Source: Squalus acanthias (taxonomy: Eukaryota). From it: DNA of 64,000 nt. The notes beneath the pieces are model-generated. The model searched no databases. It worked only from the letters and a program-made list of their open reading frames with translations, and was not told where the DNA came from. Both the position numbers and the translations under genes were made by a program. Shown piece by piece: positions 13,558-27,132 of the stretch; position 1 is the first letter of the stretch; each line of letters begins with the position of its first letter. The DNA is taken from NCBI GenBank assembly GCA_030390025.1, contig CM059431.1:103294001-103358000 (forward strand), written 5' to 3'.

Positions 13558-13890
13558 TTTTTTTATTCGTTCCTGTGATGTGGGCGTCGCCGGCAAGACC
13601 AGCATTTATTGCCCATCCCGAATTGCTCTTGAGAAGGTGGTGGTGAGCCGCCTTCTTGAACCGCTGCAGTCCGTGTGGTGAAGGTACTCCCACAGTGCTG
13701 TTAGGGAGGGAGTTCCAGGATTTTGACCCAGCGACGATGAAGGAACGGCCGATAGATTTCCGAGTCCGGATGGTGTGTGACTTGGAGGGGAACTTGGAGG
13801 TGGTGGTGTTCCCATGCGCCTGCTGCCCTTGTCCTTCTAGGCGGTAGAAGTCGCGGGTTTGGGAGGTGCTGCAGCAGAAGCCTTGGTGAG
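13558..13890 (-). mobile_element. 3' end of a CR1/L2-group LINE
   Basis: Its reverse complement matches 52850-53120. Confidence 0.75.
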
Positions 13891-14160
13891 TTGCCCATTT
13901 AAGACGGAGATGAGGAGGAATTTCTTCTCTCAGAGGGTCGTGAATCTTTGGAATTCTCTACCCCAGAGAGCTGTGGAGGCTGAGTCAGTGAATATATTCA
14001 AGGTGGAGATTGACAGATATTTGAGCTACAGGGGAGTCGAGGGGTATGGGGAGCGGGCGGGAAAGTGGAGTTGAGGCCAAGATCAGATCAGCCATGATCT
14101 TATTGAATGGCGGAGCAGGCTCGAGGGGCCGAATGGCCTACTCCTGCTCCTATTTCTTAA
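13891..14160 (+). mobile_element. CR1 3' fragment
   Basis: PFKTEMRRNFFSQRVVNLWNSLP..GYGERAGKWS* followed by the CR1 3' UTR. Confidence 0.92.
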
Positions 14161-15012
14161 ACCTCTTCATAATTTTAAAGACCTCCTTCAGTAGATTTGG
14201 GTTTTGAAGTAAATTATCATCCCCTCCACCCCACCCCACCAGAAAGCAAAGGAGAAAGAAAGAGAGAGAGAGAAAGTGAGAGAGAGGGAAAGAAAGCGAG
14301 AGAGGGAGAGAAAGCGAAAGAGAAAGCGAGAGAGAAGAGAGGAAAAAAGACAAAAACAATTTTGCATTTCTATAGCTCCTTGCACGACCTCAGGACGTCC
14401 CAAAGCACTTTACAGCCAGTGAAGTACTTTTGAAGTGTAGTCGCTGTTGTAATGTTGTAAGGGCCCTAGTGCTCCCCAAACACACAATTTTTGGGCTATA
14501 AAATTTGAAAAACTGCCCCTTTCATCATTTTAATTCAGGACTGTGAATTGACTTTCACTGCACTAAAAGCTCTCATTTACCCCCGAAGTTATGTTTGCAC
14601 AGCAAGTTCCAGCCGACCTCGAGTTCAGTTTCAGTAAACCACTAATAATCCAAGGCTAATGGCATCGCAGCACCTCCTCGAAATTGTTTCTTCGAAGCAA
14701 TTAATTCTGAATGGGAGATATTCCGTGTGTGAGGCTATTATCGCTCACACTGCAGCCTGTTCTCGTAACAGTGGCAGAAAGAATCTATTGCGGTTGGAGT
14801 TCCCCCAGAATAAACAACGTTTTGCGCAGTGTGAGATCAGGATCATCATAACAACATGATTATGAGCGTCTTTTTGTCTAGCTTGTGTCTGAGGTTGTCC
14901 ATCACCAACTTTGATGCTTTTAAACGGGTGGCTGTATAAGTTACTGCTCCCTCACAGGCGGCGAGTGCCGATTACATGCGGTTGCTGGCAAGCGGATCTT
15001 TCTGAGAGCATC

Positions 15013-15747
15013 GGCTTGGGTTTTCCGGGGCCTATGACCGTAAAGGCCCCGCAAGTCCCGGGTCTCCGTGTGTGATGCGCGCGCACGAAAACCCGCAACT
15101 TGCGATTTGTCACATTTCAGCTCGACACATCATCCGCATCCCCGGGAAATGGACACTCGCGGGCGGAGAGTCAGGGCTATTTGCCCAGCGAATGCCCGCG
15201 AAACTCTTGCACCTGGTAAAAGCAGGCATAAGGCCTTTTATTTTTACCAGCATAAGGGTTTAAATAAATAATAAAATATATATTTTTGAATGATTTAAAC
15301 ATATAATAAACATTAAAATTAGTTTAGGTTATTTTTGGCCCCTTTAAAACGTTTAAATTTATTTCTCAAAAAAATAATTTTTTGTTTTAAATGTTTAATT
15401 TAACTGTATTTTAATTGATGTAATGATTTATTTTTATTTAACTGGTGTGTAATTATGTTTTTTAGGGGATTCCTATTCATGCTTATGGGGGTTCCGTATG
15501 TAAATGGTATCCCCATAAGCCTAATGGGGATCCCCCTTTGTGATTGGTTGGGCCGGCCCACATGATCCCAGGGACGCTTGCGAACCGCGTCCGCCCCTGG
15601 GATACGTGGGCCTTTACACAGGCCTACGCCCGCAGGCCCAGGACTGCAAGAGTCTACAAACCTCCGGGACCATCGGGTAGGTTCATAGTTTACTTGCGGT
15701 TCGGAGGCATTCACCCGCGGGAAGCGCCCGCCCGCAAATTTAGGACC
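15013..15747. mobile_element. MITE family B (GC-rich arms, AT-rich core), degenerate ends
   Basis: Shares blocks with 23511-24263 (CCTGGTAAAAGC, GATCCCAGGGACGCTTG, CCTGGGATACGTGGGCC). Confidence 0.7.
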
Positions 15748-16009
15748 ACATTTTAAAAAAAAGACCGAATACCCTTTTTCCCACCCCCCGCTCACTAACT
15801 TTCTCCCCCACTCTCCTCTCTGGAAACTGAGATTCCTCATTGGGTTAACGACAAATTGACCCTTACAGGGGAGAAACTTTGGAAGTTTGCATTTAACAAA
15901 CCATTCTTCGCTTTCCATCATGTCTCTAAAATTTCCACCTTAACACTAATAGTTCTAAGCAGCAGTCAGATCGAACAAGGAACCCTAGCAGTTGTGTGAG
16001 ACTATAGTG

Positions 16010-17095
16010 GAAAATTATAGAATCATAGGGCTGGATTTTGATACGGGGCGGGTTGGGGTCGTGTCATCCACTTTTCGTGTTATCCACCCGACTGCAATTG
16101 GATGTGGGAGATTGATGCGATTTTCACCTAATTGGGCAATTGAGTTCCAGCTTGTGGGAACCCATGACCCAATTAGTGTTTTCAGATTGAAAGTCGCCTC
16201 TGATGATGTCATCATTGCTGCTGCATTGAAGGTCTGCAAAGACTGCCTGGCCTTTGCTGTGAGAGGACCTGGATGCAAAATGAGCAGCAGCAGCCCTAAG
16301 TCTGCTCCCAGATATTTTTCCACCACCACTCCCAGATATGTCTCCCATCCACCACCACCACTCCCAGATATGTCATCCATCCATCCATCCATCCAGCCAG
16401 CCAGCCAGCCAGCCAGCTATCGAAATGTGCTCCCACCAGTTTTCACATTCGTGGTTCAGAACAGGCGTGCTTCACGTAGAAAAAGGGTTAAAATCACAAA
16501 GGCCTTTCAAAATGGCATTATAGAGGCAATTTAATGATTGTTAAGGGCCTTAACAGCCTATCCCGCCTCTTAGAGGTGGGACGGAGTCGGGACCAGCAGA
16601 CACGATTTAATGAAAATTGCGTGGAGGCGGGATGGAGGCGGGCTTGTGCCCGCCCGCCAGTTTTTGCAATTTTAACCCCCACACGCTTCCAAACCCACCT
16701 CCACGGGTCAATGAAAATCTAGCCCATAGAATCTAACAGCACAAAAGGAGGCCATTCGGTCCATCGTGCCTGTGCCGGCTCTTTGAAAGAGCTCTCCAAT
16801 TAGCCCCACTCCCTTGCTCTTTCCCCGTATCCTGAAATGTTCTCTCCTTATTCAATATTGTTAGGAATTCTCCTTATTTACTCTATCAAAAGCTTTCATG
16901 ATTTTGAATGCCTCTATTAAATCTCCCCTTAGTCTTCACTGCTCCAAGGAGAACAATCCCAGGTTCTCTAGCCGCTCCACATAACTGAAGTCTCTCATCC
17001 CTCATCCCTGGTACCATTCTGGTAAATCTCTTCTGCACCCTCTGCCAGGTCTTGACATCCTCCCTAAAGTGTGGTGCCCAGAATTGAACACAATA
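16010..17095 (-). mobile_element. CR1 3' fragment with tail interrupted by a MITE
   Basis: Minus strand reads YCVQFWAPHFREDV..RFTRMVPG. The CATAGAAT tail occurs at 16015 and 16726. Confidence 0.85.
16028..16725. mobile_element. Harbinger-type MITE, family A copy 2
   Basis: TIR GGGCTGGATTTT..AAAATCTAGCCC, TSD ATA. Confidence 0.92.
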
Positions 17096-19175
17096 TTGTT
17101 CATCCCTGTTTGGCATAAAAATAAAACAATAAAGGTGACTCAACCGTGGCTAACAAGGGAAATTAGGGATAGCATAAGATCCAAGGAGAGGACATATAAA
17201 TTGGCCAGAAAAAGCAGCAAACCTGAGGATTGGGAACAGTTTAGGATTCAGCAAAGGAGGACAAAGGGATTAATTAAGAGGGGAAAATAGAATATGAGAG
17301 TAAGCTTGCAGGGAGCATAAAAACTGACTGTAAAAGCTTCTATAGATATGTGAAGAGATAAAGATTGGTGAAGTCAAGCGTAGGTCCCTTGCAGTCAGAA
17401 TCAGGGGAATTTATAATGGGGAACAAAGAAATGGCTGACGAATTAAATACATACTTTGGTTCTGTCTTCACAAAGAAGGACACAAATAAACTCCCAGAGA
17501 TGTCGGGGAACATAGGGTCTAATGAGAGGGAGGAATTGAATGAAATCACTCTTTGTAGGGAAATGGTGTTAGGGAAATTGACAGGATTGAAGGCCGATAA
17601 ATCCCAAGGGCCTGATAATTTACATCCTAGGGTACTTAAGGAAGTGGCCCTAGAAATAGTAGATGCATTACTGGTCATGTTTCAAAACTCTATAGACTCT
17701 GGAACAGTTCCCATGGATTGGAGGGTAGCTAATGTAACCCCACTATTTAAAAAAGGTGGTAGAGAAAAAATGGGGGATTATAGACCGGTAAGCCTGACAT
17801 CGGTGGTGGGCAAAATGCTAGAGTCCATTATAAAAGATGTAATAGCAGAGCACTTGGAAAACAGTGACAGGATCGGACAAAGTCAACATGGATTTACAAA
17901 AGGTAAATCATGCCTGACTAATCTACTGGAATTTTTTGAGGATGTAACTGGTAGAATAGATATGGGAGAAACAGTGGATGTGGTGTATTTGGACTTTCAG
18001 AAGGCTTTCGATAAGGTCCTGCATAAGAGATTAGTGTGCAAAGTTAAAGCACATGGGATTAGGGGTGAGCTACTGACTTGGATAGAGAACTGGTTGGCAG
18101 ACAGGAAGCAAAGAGTTGGAATAAACGGGTCATTTTCTGATTGGCAGGCAGTGACTAGTGGGGTACCACAGGGATTGGTGCTAGGACCCCAGCTATTCAC
18201 AATATATATTAATGATCTAGATGAGGGAACTAGATGTAATATCTCTAAGTTTGCAGACGACACAAAGCTGGGTGGGCATGTGTGCTGTGAGGAGGATGCA
18301 GAGAAACTCCAGTATGATTTGGACAGGTTGGGTGATTGGGCAGATGCATGGCAGATGCAGTATAATGTGGATAAATGCGAGGTTATCCACTTTGGTGGCA
18401 AAAACAGGAAGACAGATTATTATCTGAATGGCAATAGATTGGGAAAAGGGTAAGTTCAACGAGATCTGGGAGTCCTTGTGCACCAGTCGCTGAAGGTAAG
18501 CAGGCGGTTAAGAAGGCAAATGGTATGTTGACCTTCATAGCGAGAGGATTCGAGTACAGGAGCAAGGATGTTTTGCTGCAGTTGTACAAGGCCTTGGTGA
18601 GACCACACCTTGAGTATTGTGTGCAGTTTTGGTCGCCTTATCTGAGGAAGGATGTTCTTGCCATGGAGGGAGTGCAGCGAAGATTTACCAGACTGATACC
18701 TGGGATGGCAGGAATGACATATGAAGAGAGATTAGGTCGATTAGGCTTATATTTGCTAGAGTTTCGAAGAATGAGAGGGGATCTCATTGAAACTTATAAA
18801 ATTCTAACAGGACTAGACAGACTAGATGCAGATAGGATGTTCCCGATGGCGGGGGAGTCCAGAACCAGGGGTCAGAGTCTAAGGATAAGGGGTAAGCCAT
18901 TTAGGACTGAGATGAGGAGGAATTTCTTCACCCAGAGAGTGGTGAACCTGTGGTATTCTCTACCACAGAAGGCAGTTGAGGCTATTCCTTAAATATATTC
19001 AAGAAGGAGATAGATATATTTCTTAAGGCTAAAGGGATCAAGGGATATGGGGAGAAAGCAGGGACAGGGTACTGAATTTGGATGATCAGCCATGATCTCA
19101 TTAAATGGCGGAACAGGCTCGAGGGGCCGAATGGCCTACTCCTGCTCCTATCTTCTATGCTTCTCTGCTTCTATA
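17096..19175 (+). mobile_element. 5'-truncated CR1 LINE with disrupted ORF2
   Basis: ORFs 17365 (FADD RT motif) and 18525, with stops and a deletion. The 3' UTR and tail are present. Close protein relative of the 34111 copy. Confidence 0.95.
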
Positions 19176-19549
19176 CTCCAGCTGGGGCCTAACCAATGTT
19201 TTCTAAAGGTTTAGCATAACTTCCTTGCTTTTGCACTGACTTGAAGCAACTTTTGCTGTACAAAGTTTTGACTTGAACATCACGGGGTGGCGGTGGGGGG
19301 GGGGGGCGTCCTTTAGTGTCACATCATGAACTGATTGAAGAGGAGAAGAGGAGAATAAAGCAGAGCAGGAGAGGATGGTCTATGAGATCAGAGAACATGG
19401 AGGAGGACAGGGACAGGATGTTCCCCTGCTCTTCCTCGAATAGTGCCATGGGATCTTTTACGTTCACCTGAGAGAGCAGATGGGCCTCGATTTAATATCT
19501 CATCTGAAAGACAGCACTTACGAAGTACTGCACTGGAGTGTCAATCTTG

Positions 19550-20450
19550 ATAAGAACTTAAGAACATAAGAATTAGAATCAGGAATAGGGCATACGGCCT
19601 CTCGAGCCTGCTCCGTCATTGCATAAGATCATGGCAGATCTTCGACCTTAACTCTACTTTCCTGCCCGATCTCCATAGCCTTTGATTCACTTATAGTCCA
19701 AAAATCTAATCTATCTCAGCCTTGAATATACTCAACGACTCAGCATCCACAGCCCTTTCGGGTGGAGAATTCCAAAGATTTACAACTCTCTGTGTGAAGA
19801 AATTCCTTCTCATCTCAGTCTTAAATGGCCTACCCCTTATCCTGAGACTATGCCCCCCTAGTTCTAGACTCTCCAGCCAGGGGAAACAACCTCTCAGCAT
19901 CTACCCTGTCAATCCCCTCAGAATCTTGTATGTTTCAATGAGATCACCTCTCATTCTTTTAAACTCCAGAGAGTATAGGCCCAATCTACTCAATCTCTCC
20001 TTGTGGGAAAACCCTCTCATCCCAGGGATCAATCTAGTGAACCTTCATTGCATCACCTCTAAGGCAAGTATATCCTTCCTGAGATAAGGAGACCACAACT
20101 GTGCACAGTACTCCAGGTGTGGTCTCACCAAGGCCCTGTACAATTGTAGCAAGACTTCCTTACTCTTATACTCCAACCCCCTTGCAATAAAGGCCAACAT
20201 GCCATTTGCCTTCCTTATTGCTTGCTGTACCTGCATGCTAACGTTCTGTGTTTCCTGTGGGATATCCAATCCCTCTGAACACCAAGATTTAATAGTTTCT
20301 CACCATTTAAAAAATATTCTGTTTTTCTATTCTTCCTACCAAAGTGAATAACATCATATTTCCCCACATTATACTCCAATTCTATTTTCTCCCTTTTTAT
20401 CAATTATTTTGGTCATCCTTTGCTGGTTTCTAAAGCTCTCCCAATCCTCA
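19550..20450 (-). mobile_element. CR1 3' portion with internal deletion
   Basis: Minus ORFs 19706, 20045 and 20215. IKREKIE is joined directly to LEYNVGK. Confidence 0.9.
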
Positions 20451-20489
20451 TGGTTACGTGTGTGCGTGTGCATTTGTGAATGGTGTGAA

Positions 20490-20915
20490 TCAACAACAAC
20501 AACAACTTGTATTTATATAGCGCCTTTAACGTAGTAAAACGTCCCAAGGCGCTTCACAGGAGTATTGCAAGACAAAAAATTTGACACCGAGCCACATAAG
20601 GATAAATTAGGACAGGTGACCAAAAGCTTGGTCAAAGAGGTAGGTTTTAAGGAGCATCTTAAAGGAGGAAAGAGAGGTAGAGAGATGGAGAGGTTTAGGG
20701 AGGGAATTCCAGAGCTTAGAGCCCAGGCAACAAAAGGCACGGCCGCCAATGGTTGAGCGATTATAATCAGGGATGTTCAAGAGGGCAGAATTAGAGGAGC
20801 GCAGATATCTCGGGGGGTTGTGGGGCTGAAGGAGATTACAGAGATAGGGAGGGGGCGAGGCCATGGAGGGATTTGAAAACAAGGATGAGAATTTTGAAAT
20901 TGAGACGTTGCTTAA
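20490..20915 (-). mobile_element. L2-type LINE 3' end
   Basis: Minus ORF PPYLCNLL..LRSS..GGRAF..LWNSLP..FKMLLKTYLF with a (TTG)n tail. Confidence 0.88.
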
Positions 20916-21994
20916 ATTCAGCAATACAAGATGAATGTCTGAGCATTAATTAATTGTATTAATGTAGGCAAGGCTGGAATAAAGGGAGAATATTTTTTGC
21001 TTTGATTTTAAATGGCAAGTAGAAATGAGCTGTTTGTTGAAGCCTTGTGCCAACATGTTGAGCATTTGGTCTTTGAACTTTAGTATCAAATTATAAGAAG
21101 CTCAAAGAATCATTAAGCTTTCCATCTATTCCCAAATGATTGCATTCAATTTTTATTAAAAAATAATTGAGTTATGAAAAGATAGATAATTCCAAATAAA
21201 GTATGAAGATGTCACAGTCATAAAATTTTGCAATTGGTTTGATGATGGATTTACTGACCTGGGTCTATGCAACATAAAGTGGAACAAAATGTGTCAATCA
21301 AAAAATAAGCCTAATATTCTTCAGTGCAAATAATTTATGAAATATTATCACACTTTAATGAATGTCTCTCTGATATTTAATGAATCATCTGGATACATCC
21401 CCAGGTGCTTTAAAAAATTCATTTTTTTTTATGATTGACAATTCCGATCATAAGACCAAAGTTTGGTTTAATTGAATGTTGTTGAAACTATTCTGCAGGA
21501 AAATTTAAAAAATCAGGACCGATAATTAGTTGCGATCAAAGAGTTGGACCAAAGAGAAAGTCAGTCACTGTGCACGCAAGGTCCAGATCCCAGTATCAGT
21601 GTTGAGAAAATTTCAGCCACAGTATCGCATCAGTTTTACTCATCAAGCAGAGGTCAGATCAAATAGCTGACTTGACAAAATCCAATATTTCAATCAAGGG
21701 TTTGGCCAGTCGGTTCAACATGTACACGGAAAATGAACTGCACGGGATAGAATTTCCACAGTCCTCCTCGCCTCCCATTGTGACTTCACTGGAAGATCAA
21801 CGGTGACTCCAGAGAAAGAGGTTTCAGCGGTTTTACAGTGTAAACGTTTCCACCCATGTCCCACCAAAGTTTCGAAGGGAGATTGGGAGACCCCCTGCGG
21901 AAGTTACGCTCCCATGTGTCAGAAACATCACCATTTACAAAATAGGTTGCATGTCATAACCATTGGGTTGAAATTTCTCCAGCCCCAGTTGAAC

Positions 21995-22720
21995 ATTTTA
22001 TATGGTGAGAAACTTTCAAGTGTTGGTGTTGAGAGAGATTTGGGTGTCCTCGTGCAAGAAACACAGAAAGCTAGCAAGCAATAAGGAAGGCAAATGGCAT
22101 GTTGGCCTTTATTGCAAGGGGGTTAGAGTATAAGAGTAAGGAAGTCTTGCTACAATTGTACAGGGCCTTGGTGAGACCACACCTGGAGTACTGTGCACAG
22201 TTTTGATCTCCTTATCAAAGGAAGGATATACTTGCCTTGGAGGCAGTGCAACAAAGGTTCACTAGATTGATTCCTGGATGAGAGGGCTGTGCTATGATGA
22301 GAGATTGTGTAGAATGGGCCTATACTCTCTGGAGTTTAGAAGAATGAGAGGTGATCTCATTGAAACATACAAGATTCTGAAGGGGCTTGACAGGGTAGAT
22401 GCTGAGAGGTTGTTTCCCCTGGCTGGAGAGTCTAGAACTAGGGGGGCATAGTCTCAGGATAAGGGGTCGGCCATTTAAGACTCAGATGAGGAGGAATTTC
22501 TTCACTCATCTTTGGAATTCTCTGCCCCAGAGGGCTGTGAATGCTGAGTCTTTGAGTATATTCAAGGCTGAGATCGATAGATTTTTGGACTCTAGGGGAA
22601 TCAAGGGATATGGAGATCGGGCGGGAGAGTGGAGTTGAAGTCAATGATCAGCCATAGTCTGATTGAATGGCGGTGCAGGCTCGAGGGGCCGTATGGCCCA
22701 CTCCTGCTCCTACTTCTTAT
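21995..22720 (+). mobile_element. CR1 3' fragment
   Basis: Colinear with other CR1 C-termini and the 3' UTR. Confidence 0.9.
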
Positions 22721-22902
22721 ATCTGTACTTTCTGAATGTTGTATTGCTGTAAAATCTATGTTCCCATGTCGGAATGTGCAGATAGGAACAGGAGGAGGCC
22801 ATTCAGCCCCTCGAGCCTGTTCTGCCATTCAATGAGATCATGCTTGATTTGTATCTTAACTCCATATCTCGTAATACCCTTACCCAACAAAAATCTATCA
22901 AT

Positions 22903-23083
22903 AATAACAACAGAAAACGCTGGAAAAACTCAGCAGGCCAGGCAGCATCATCAGACGAAAGGTCTTCGACCTGAAACGTTAACTCTGTTTCTCTCTCCAC
23001 AGATGCTGCCTGGCCTGCTGAGTTTTTCCAGTGTTTTCTGTTGTTATTTCGGATTTCCAGCCTCCGCAGTATTTTGCTATCGT
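22903..23083 (+). mobile_element. Short Penelope-like insertion with inverted 5' segment, inside a minus-strand CR1 end
   Basis: TSD AAAAATCTATCAAT at 22889-22902 and 23084-23097. Inverted repeat 22903-22949 vs 23002-23048. Homologous to 63287-63415. Confidence 0.85.
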
Positions 23084-23409
23084 AAAAATCTATCAATCTC
23101 AGATTTGAAATTTTCAATTGACCCCCCCCCCCCACCCAGCCTCAACAGCTTTTTTGGGGGGTGAAGAGAGTTCCAGATTTCCACTCTCCCTTGTGATAAT
23201 TTTTCTGTAATTGTGTTTCTGAGATACTGTGACATTGAACCTCTGATATCACTTGATAAATGGTCTCCTTTACCAAGTCGCTCCAGTTCCCAACTTTGGA
23301 TTCAGTTCATCCTGATGCAACACTGGTTAACTTTCATACATGGAAACAACGGAAGAGGCATCTTGTGTGCACTGTAGAACGAAACAGATAGAATGAGGTT
23401 ATACAACAA

Positions 23410-24680
23410 TGCGTTCCTACAGCTCCTTTAATGTAGTAAAACGTCTCAAGGCGCTTCACAGGAGCGATTATCAGACAGAAATTTGACACCAAGCCACATA
23501 AGGAGAAATTGGCCCGGATATTCCGATCCCTACGGGTGAGTACGCGCTGTGTACACACCCGTAGGGACATCGGAAATGCCGGTTTCAGGCATGCGAAGTG
23601 CATGCGCTGAAAACCGGCATTTCCGATCTGTTAAGAATGCTCTTGGCAGATCGGATGCCTGCCCTGGAGAAGGGCCTCTGTGGGGGGAGAGTTCCGCTTT
23701 CTGGAGAACCTCCGCCCACTGAAAACCCTTACAAATCTTACGCCTGGTAAAAGCGTAAGGCCTGCTTTTACTAGGATAAGAGTCGAAAAAAGTAAAAAAA
23801 AATGTTTTCACTGATTTATTATTTAAAAATACTTTAAAAAAAGGTAAGTTTATTTTTAGCCCCGTAAAAAACTTTAATTATTTTTTTCAAAAAATTAAAT
23901 TTTTGTTTAAAATATTTATTTTATTGTAATTTCAACTAATTTTAAAAAGGTGATTTAAAAAAAAAATTATTTAAAGTTTTACTATGTTTTTTCATTGATC
24001 TCCATTCATATATTTGACAGGTCTATCTGTCAAGTGTATGAAGGTAGATTCCTTTCTCCTATTGGCTCCCTATGGCCCACGTGATCCCAGGGACGCTTGT
24101 GAACCGCCTGCGCCTCTGGGATACGTGGGCCCTGCACATTTCGAGTTGGAGAGGCCCAGGAGCGAAAGTGTCCGGACCGCGGGAGCCCTCAGGTAAGTGC
24201 GTAGATTTTTTCCAGATCGGAGGCCTCCGCACGCGGGAAGCCTCCGATCGGAAAATACGGCCCATTAGGACAGGTGACCAAGAGCTTGGTCAAAGAGGTA
24301 GGTTTTATGGAGTGTCTTCAAAGAGAACAGAGAGGTAGAGAGGAGGAGCGGTTTAGGGAGGGAATTCCAGAGCTTAGGGCCCAGGCAGCTGAAGGAACGG
24401 CCACCAATGGTGAGGTGAAAGTAATCGGAGATGCGCGAGAGAACAGAATTGGAGGAACGCGGATTTTCTCGGAGCGTTGTAGGGTTGAAGGAAATTATAG
24501 AAATAGAGATAGGGAGGCGGGGCCAGGCCATGGAGGGATTTGAACACGAGGAGGAGAATTTTAAATTTGAGGCGTTGCCGGACCGGGAGCCAATGTAAAT
24601 CAGTGAGCGCAGCGGGTGATGGGTGAAAGGGACTTGATGCGAGTTAGGACACGGGGCAGCCGAGATTGGGACAAACTAAA
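23410..24680 (-). mobile_element. L2-type 3' end split by a MITE
   Basis: Colinear with 20490-20915 once 23511-24263 is removed. Confidence 0.85.
23511..24263. mobile_element. MITE family B (Harbinger-like)
   Basis: Imperfect 18 bp TIR GGCCCGGATATTCCGATC..GATCGGAAAATACGGCCC, TSD ATT. Confidence 0.9.
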
Positions 24681-25461
24681 GATCCACAAGGTATGGTGCA
24701 AAAGTCATTTGGGATTGCTTGCACCTGTCATTTTACCTCAGACTACCTGTCCTTCTGCCAGCAGTTTTAAATGCGAAAGGTGTTGTGCGGGCGACCACAA
24801 ATAAATTGTAAACAGCTCAAACGTAAGCACAAAAGTGGAAACATTGAATAGTAACCGCAGGTTTCCCCTCATGGTCTACTGATTAACAGCTTGACACAAA
24901 GTTCCTTTAACCCATATTTTATACCCAGGCCACACTGAAGCAGCACCAAAAGGAATTTCAGGTGTACACTACCAGAGGACATTAACCCCTTAAATAATCT
25001 CAATGCTTTATTGTTCCATGTTCTTTATTTCTGAAGCAATTAATCAACACGGCACTAAAAGCTTGGCTGTGAATCTGCTCTATTCACTGGGGGAAAAAAA
25101 AATCTTTTAATCCCTGTAGTTGCTCAAGGCTCATACATTTTATACACATGTTCTCTGGTCCTTAGTACACAGTTCAAGTTGAAAAAACTCAATGCATCTA
25201 CGTTATCCATTTCTCTCAGGATATTGAAAGACATTGATGGTGTTTCATCTCAATTTTCATTTCTTTAAGGCAAACACGTTCAGTTCTCTCTCTCTCTCTC
25301 CTCATAACTTGGAGTCCTAAATTCCAGATTTGCCTGTTAATCCTCTCTACTCCCTCTCTAGTGCACCCATGACTTTTTGAATTACCCAAAACTGCATGCA
25401 TTAGCACAAAACACGGGGCAGTTTGTACAGAAAATATTGCACTGAATTTGCAGTTTTCCAT

Positions 25462-25930
25462 AAAAAGAAAAAGAAAGACTTGCATTTCTATAGCGCCTTT
25501 CACGACCACCGGACATCTCAAAGTGCTTTACAGCCAATGAAGTACTTTTTTGGAGTATAGTCACTGTTGTAATGTGGGAAACACGGCAGCCAATTTGCAC
25601 ACAGCAAGCTCCCGGAAACAGCAATGTGATAATGACCAGATAATCTGTTTTTGTTATGTTGGTTTAGGGATAAATATTGGCTAGGACACCAGGGAGAACT
25701 CCCCTGCTCTTCTTTGAAATAGTGGCCATGGGATCTTTTACGTCCACCTGAGACCTCGGTTTAATGTCTCATTCGAACGACGGCACCTCTGACAGGGCAG
25801 CACTCTGTCAGTACTGCACTGGGAGTGTCAGCCTAGATTTATGTGCTCAAGTCCCTGGAGTGGGACTTGAACCCACAACCTTCTGACTCAGAGAAGCAAG
25901 TGTGCTACCCACTGAGCCACGGCTGACACT
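25462..25930 (-). mobile_element. Near full-length Deu-domain tRNA SINE
   Basis: Reverse complement of 10861-11335. Partial copies lie near 14350, 19415, 28808, 33448, 43575/45050, 46258, 62762/63420 and 63815. Confidence 0.9.
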
Positions 25931-25980
25931 GTATTTAGATTTAAATCTAACCCACAAAGGCTTTAAGAAACAGATTCCAG

Positions 25981-26873
25981 GGGGGAAAAATTCAGTATTG
26001 TGTATTTGGGGTGCGATTGTCTGCCAGGTGCAAAGATTAGCGCCTGGCGCTAATTATCGCCTTCGACTGCAAACTTGGCTTTTATCGCCCCTGGAGGTGA
26101 TTGGAGCGCTAAATCAGGTGCTTCACACCTGTCTTAAGGTGCAAAGGCCGAGGAGCGAGGTGCTACCTCAGGGCGCTGGCGAAGCTCATGTGATGTCAGT
26201 CAGCAATGGAACACACACACACTGGTGCCGGCCAGTTCTTAAAGGGAAGGGTTGATCTTGCTTTCCATCCACATCCTGCTCATTGCAGCCTTGAATCTCG
26301 GCCTGGAGAGACCTGTACATCAAATCTGCTGGAAAGAACAATGGAGAGTCCTAGGGAAAGAGCTCAGAGTGCAGCCCCCACAGTCTCTTCTAAATCGATA
26401 CAAGGAAGGGCAAATCAAAATGAACCTGCAAAGTGCTGCTCAGTACCCAAAACTCCTTCACACAGCGTTGAATCTCTCCAGAAGTCTCTCTCTCTCTCTC
26501 TCAGAATGCGTGGTGCAAAAATGTCACCAACAAAAAAAGGCAGGAAGCGTTCGCCTTTAAATAGCGCTCCCCCAGTCCCTTCCTGACTGCAAAACGCTCC
26601 CCTCAACCTGTCGTTGCTAGCGGCAGGCAGTAAGGCAGGGGGCGCCACTCAATATCCACTCCGGGGCGCTACCGGGGCGTTGCGCACTCGACTGACGTCA
26701 CAATCTGCCGGCGCAGGAGATCGTGGCGGTAGTGTTTAGCGCCGCCGCAAAATGTCTAGTTAATTTCATGAGCGGCGCAAACATCGCCGCGCACGGGCGC
26801 TAGTTGCTTTGCGCCCTGTTAGCGCCCTCTTAAGGCGCTAACGGGAGGTGCAAACCAACTGAATTTTCCCCCC
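25981..26873 (+). mobile_element. Internal-deletion derivative of the Harbinger family at 47758
   Basis: Ends GGGGGAAAAATT..AATTTTCCCCC. Arms are colinear with 47758-48150 and about 51450-51924. Confidence 0.9.
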
Positions 26874-27132
26874 AAGGCTTTTCACGATTTATCAGGGCAA
26901 TATGCAGCAGTTGACCACAAAGAGCGATAAGAAAAATGTATAGTTAAGGAGCTGAGTGAAGTTGTATGACTGGTAGAAGATGTATTTTGGTAACCTTCAC
27001 TACACTTGCAAAGTCATTGAACTTCTTCTGGCATTGCGAGGCAGTTCTTGGGGTAATCTTACACTCACTGCCTTTTCCAGCACTCTCTTAGGCAGCCTGC
27101 ACCAACCCTCTTCTGGTCCTTCCTTCCCCTTT

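Noticed and set aside
16726..19175. Twin-priming inversion of a single CR1
   Set aside because: The two opposed pieces overlap in CR1 coordinates, each has its own tail and they differ in subfamily, so they are separate insertions.
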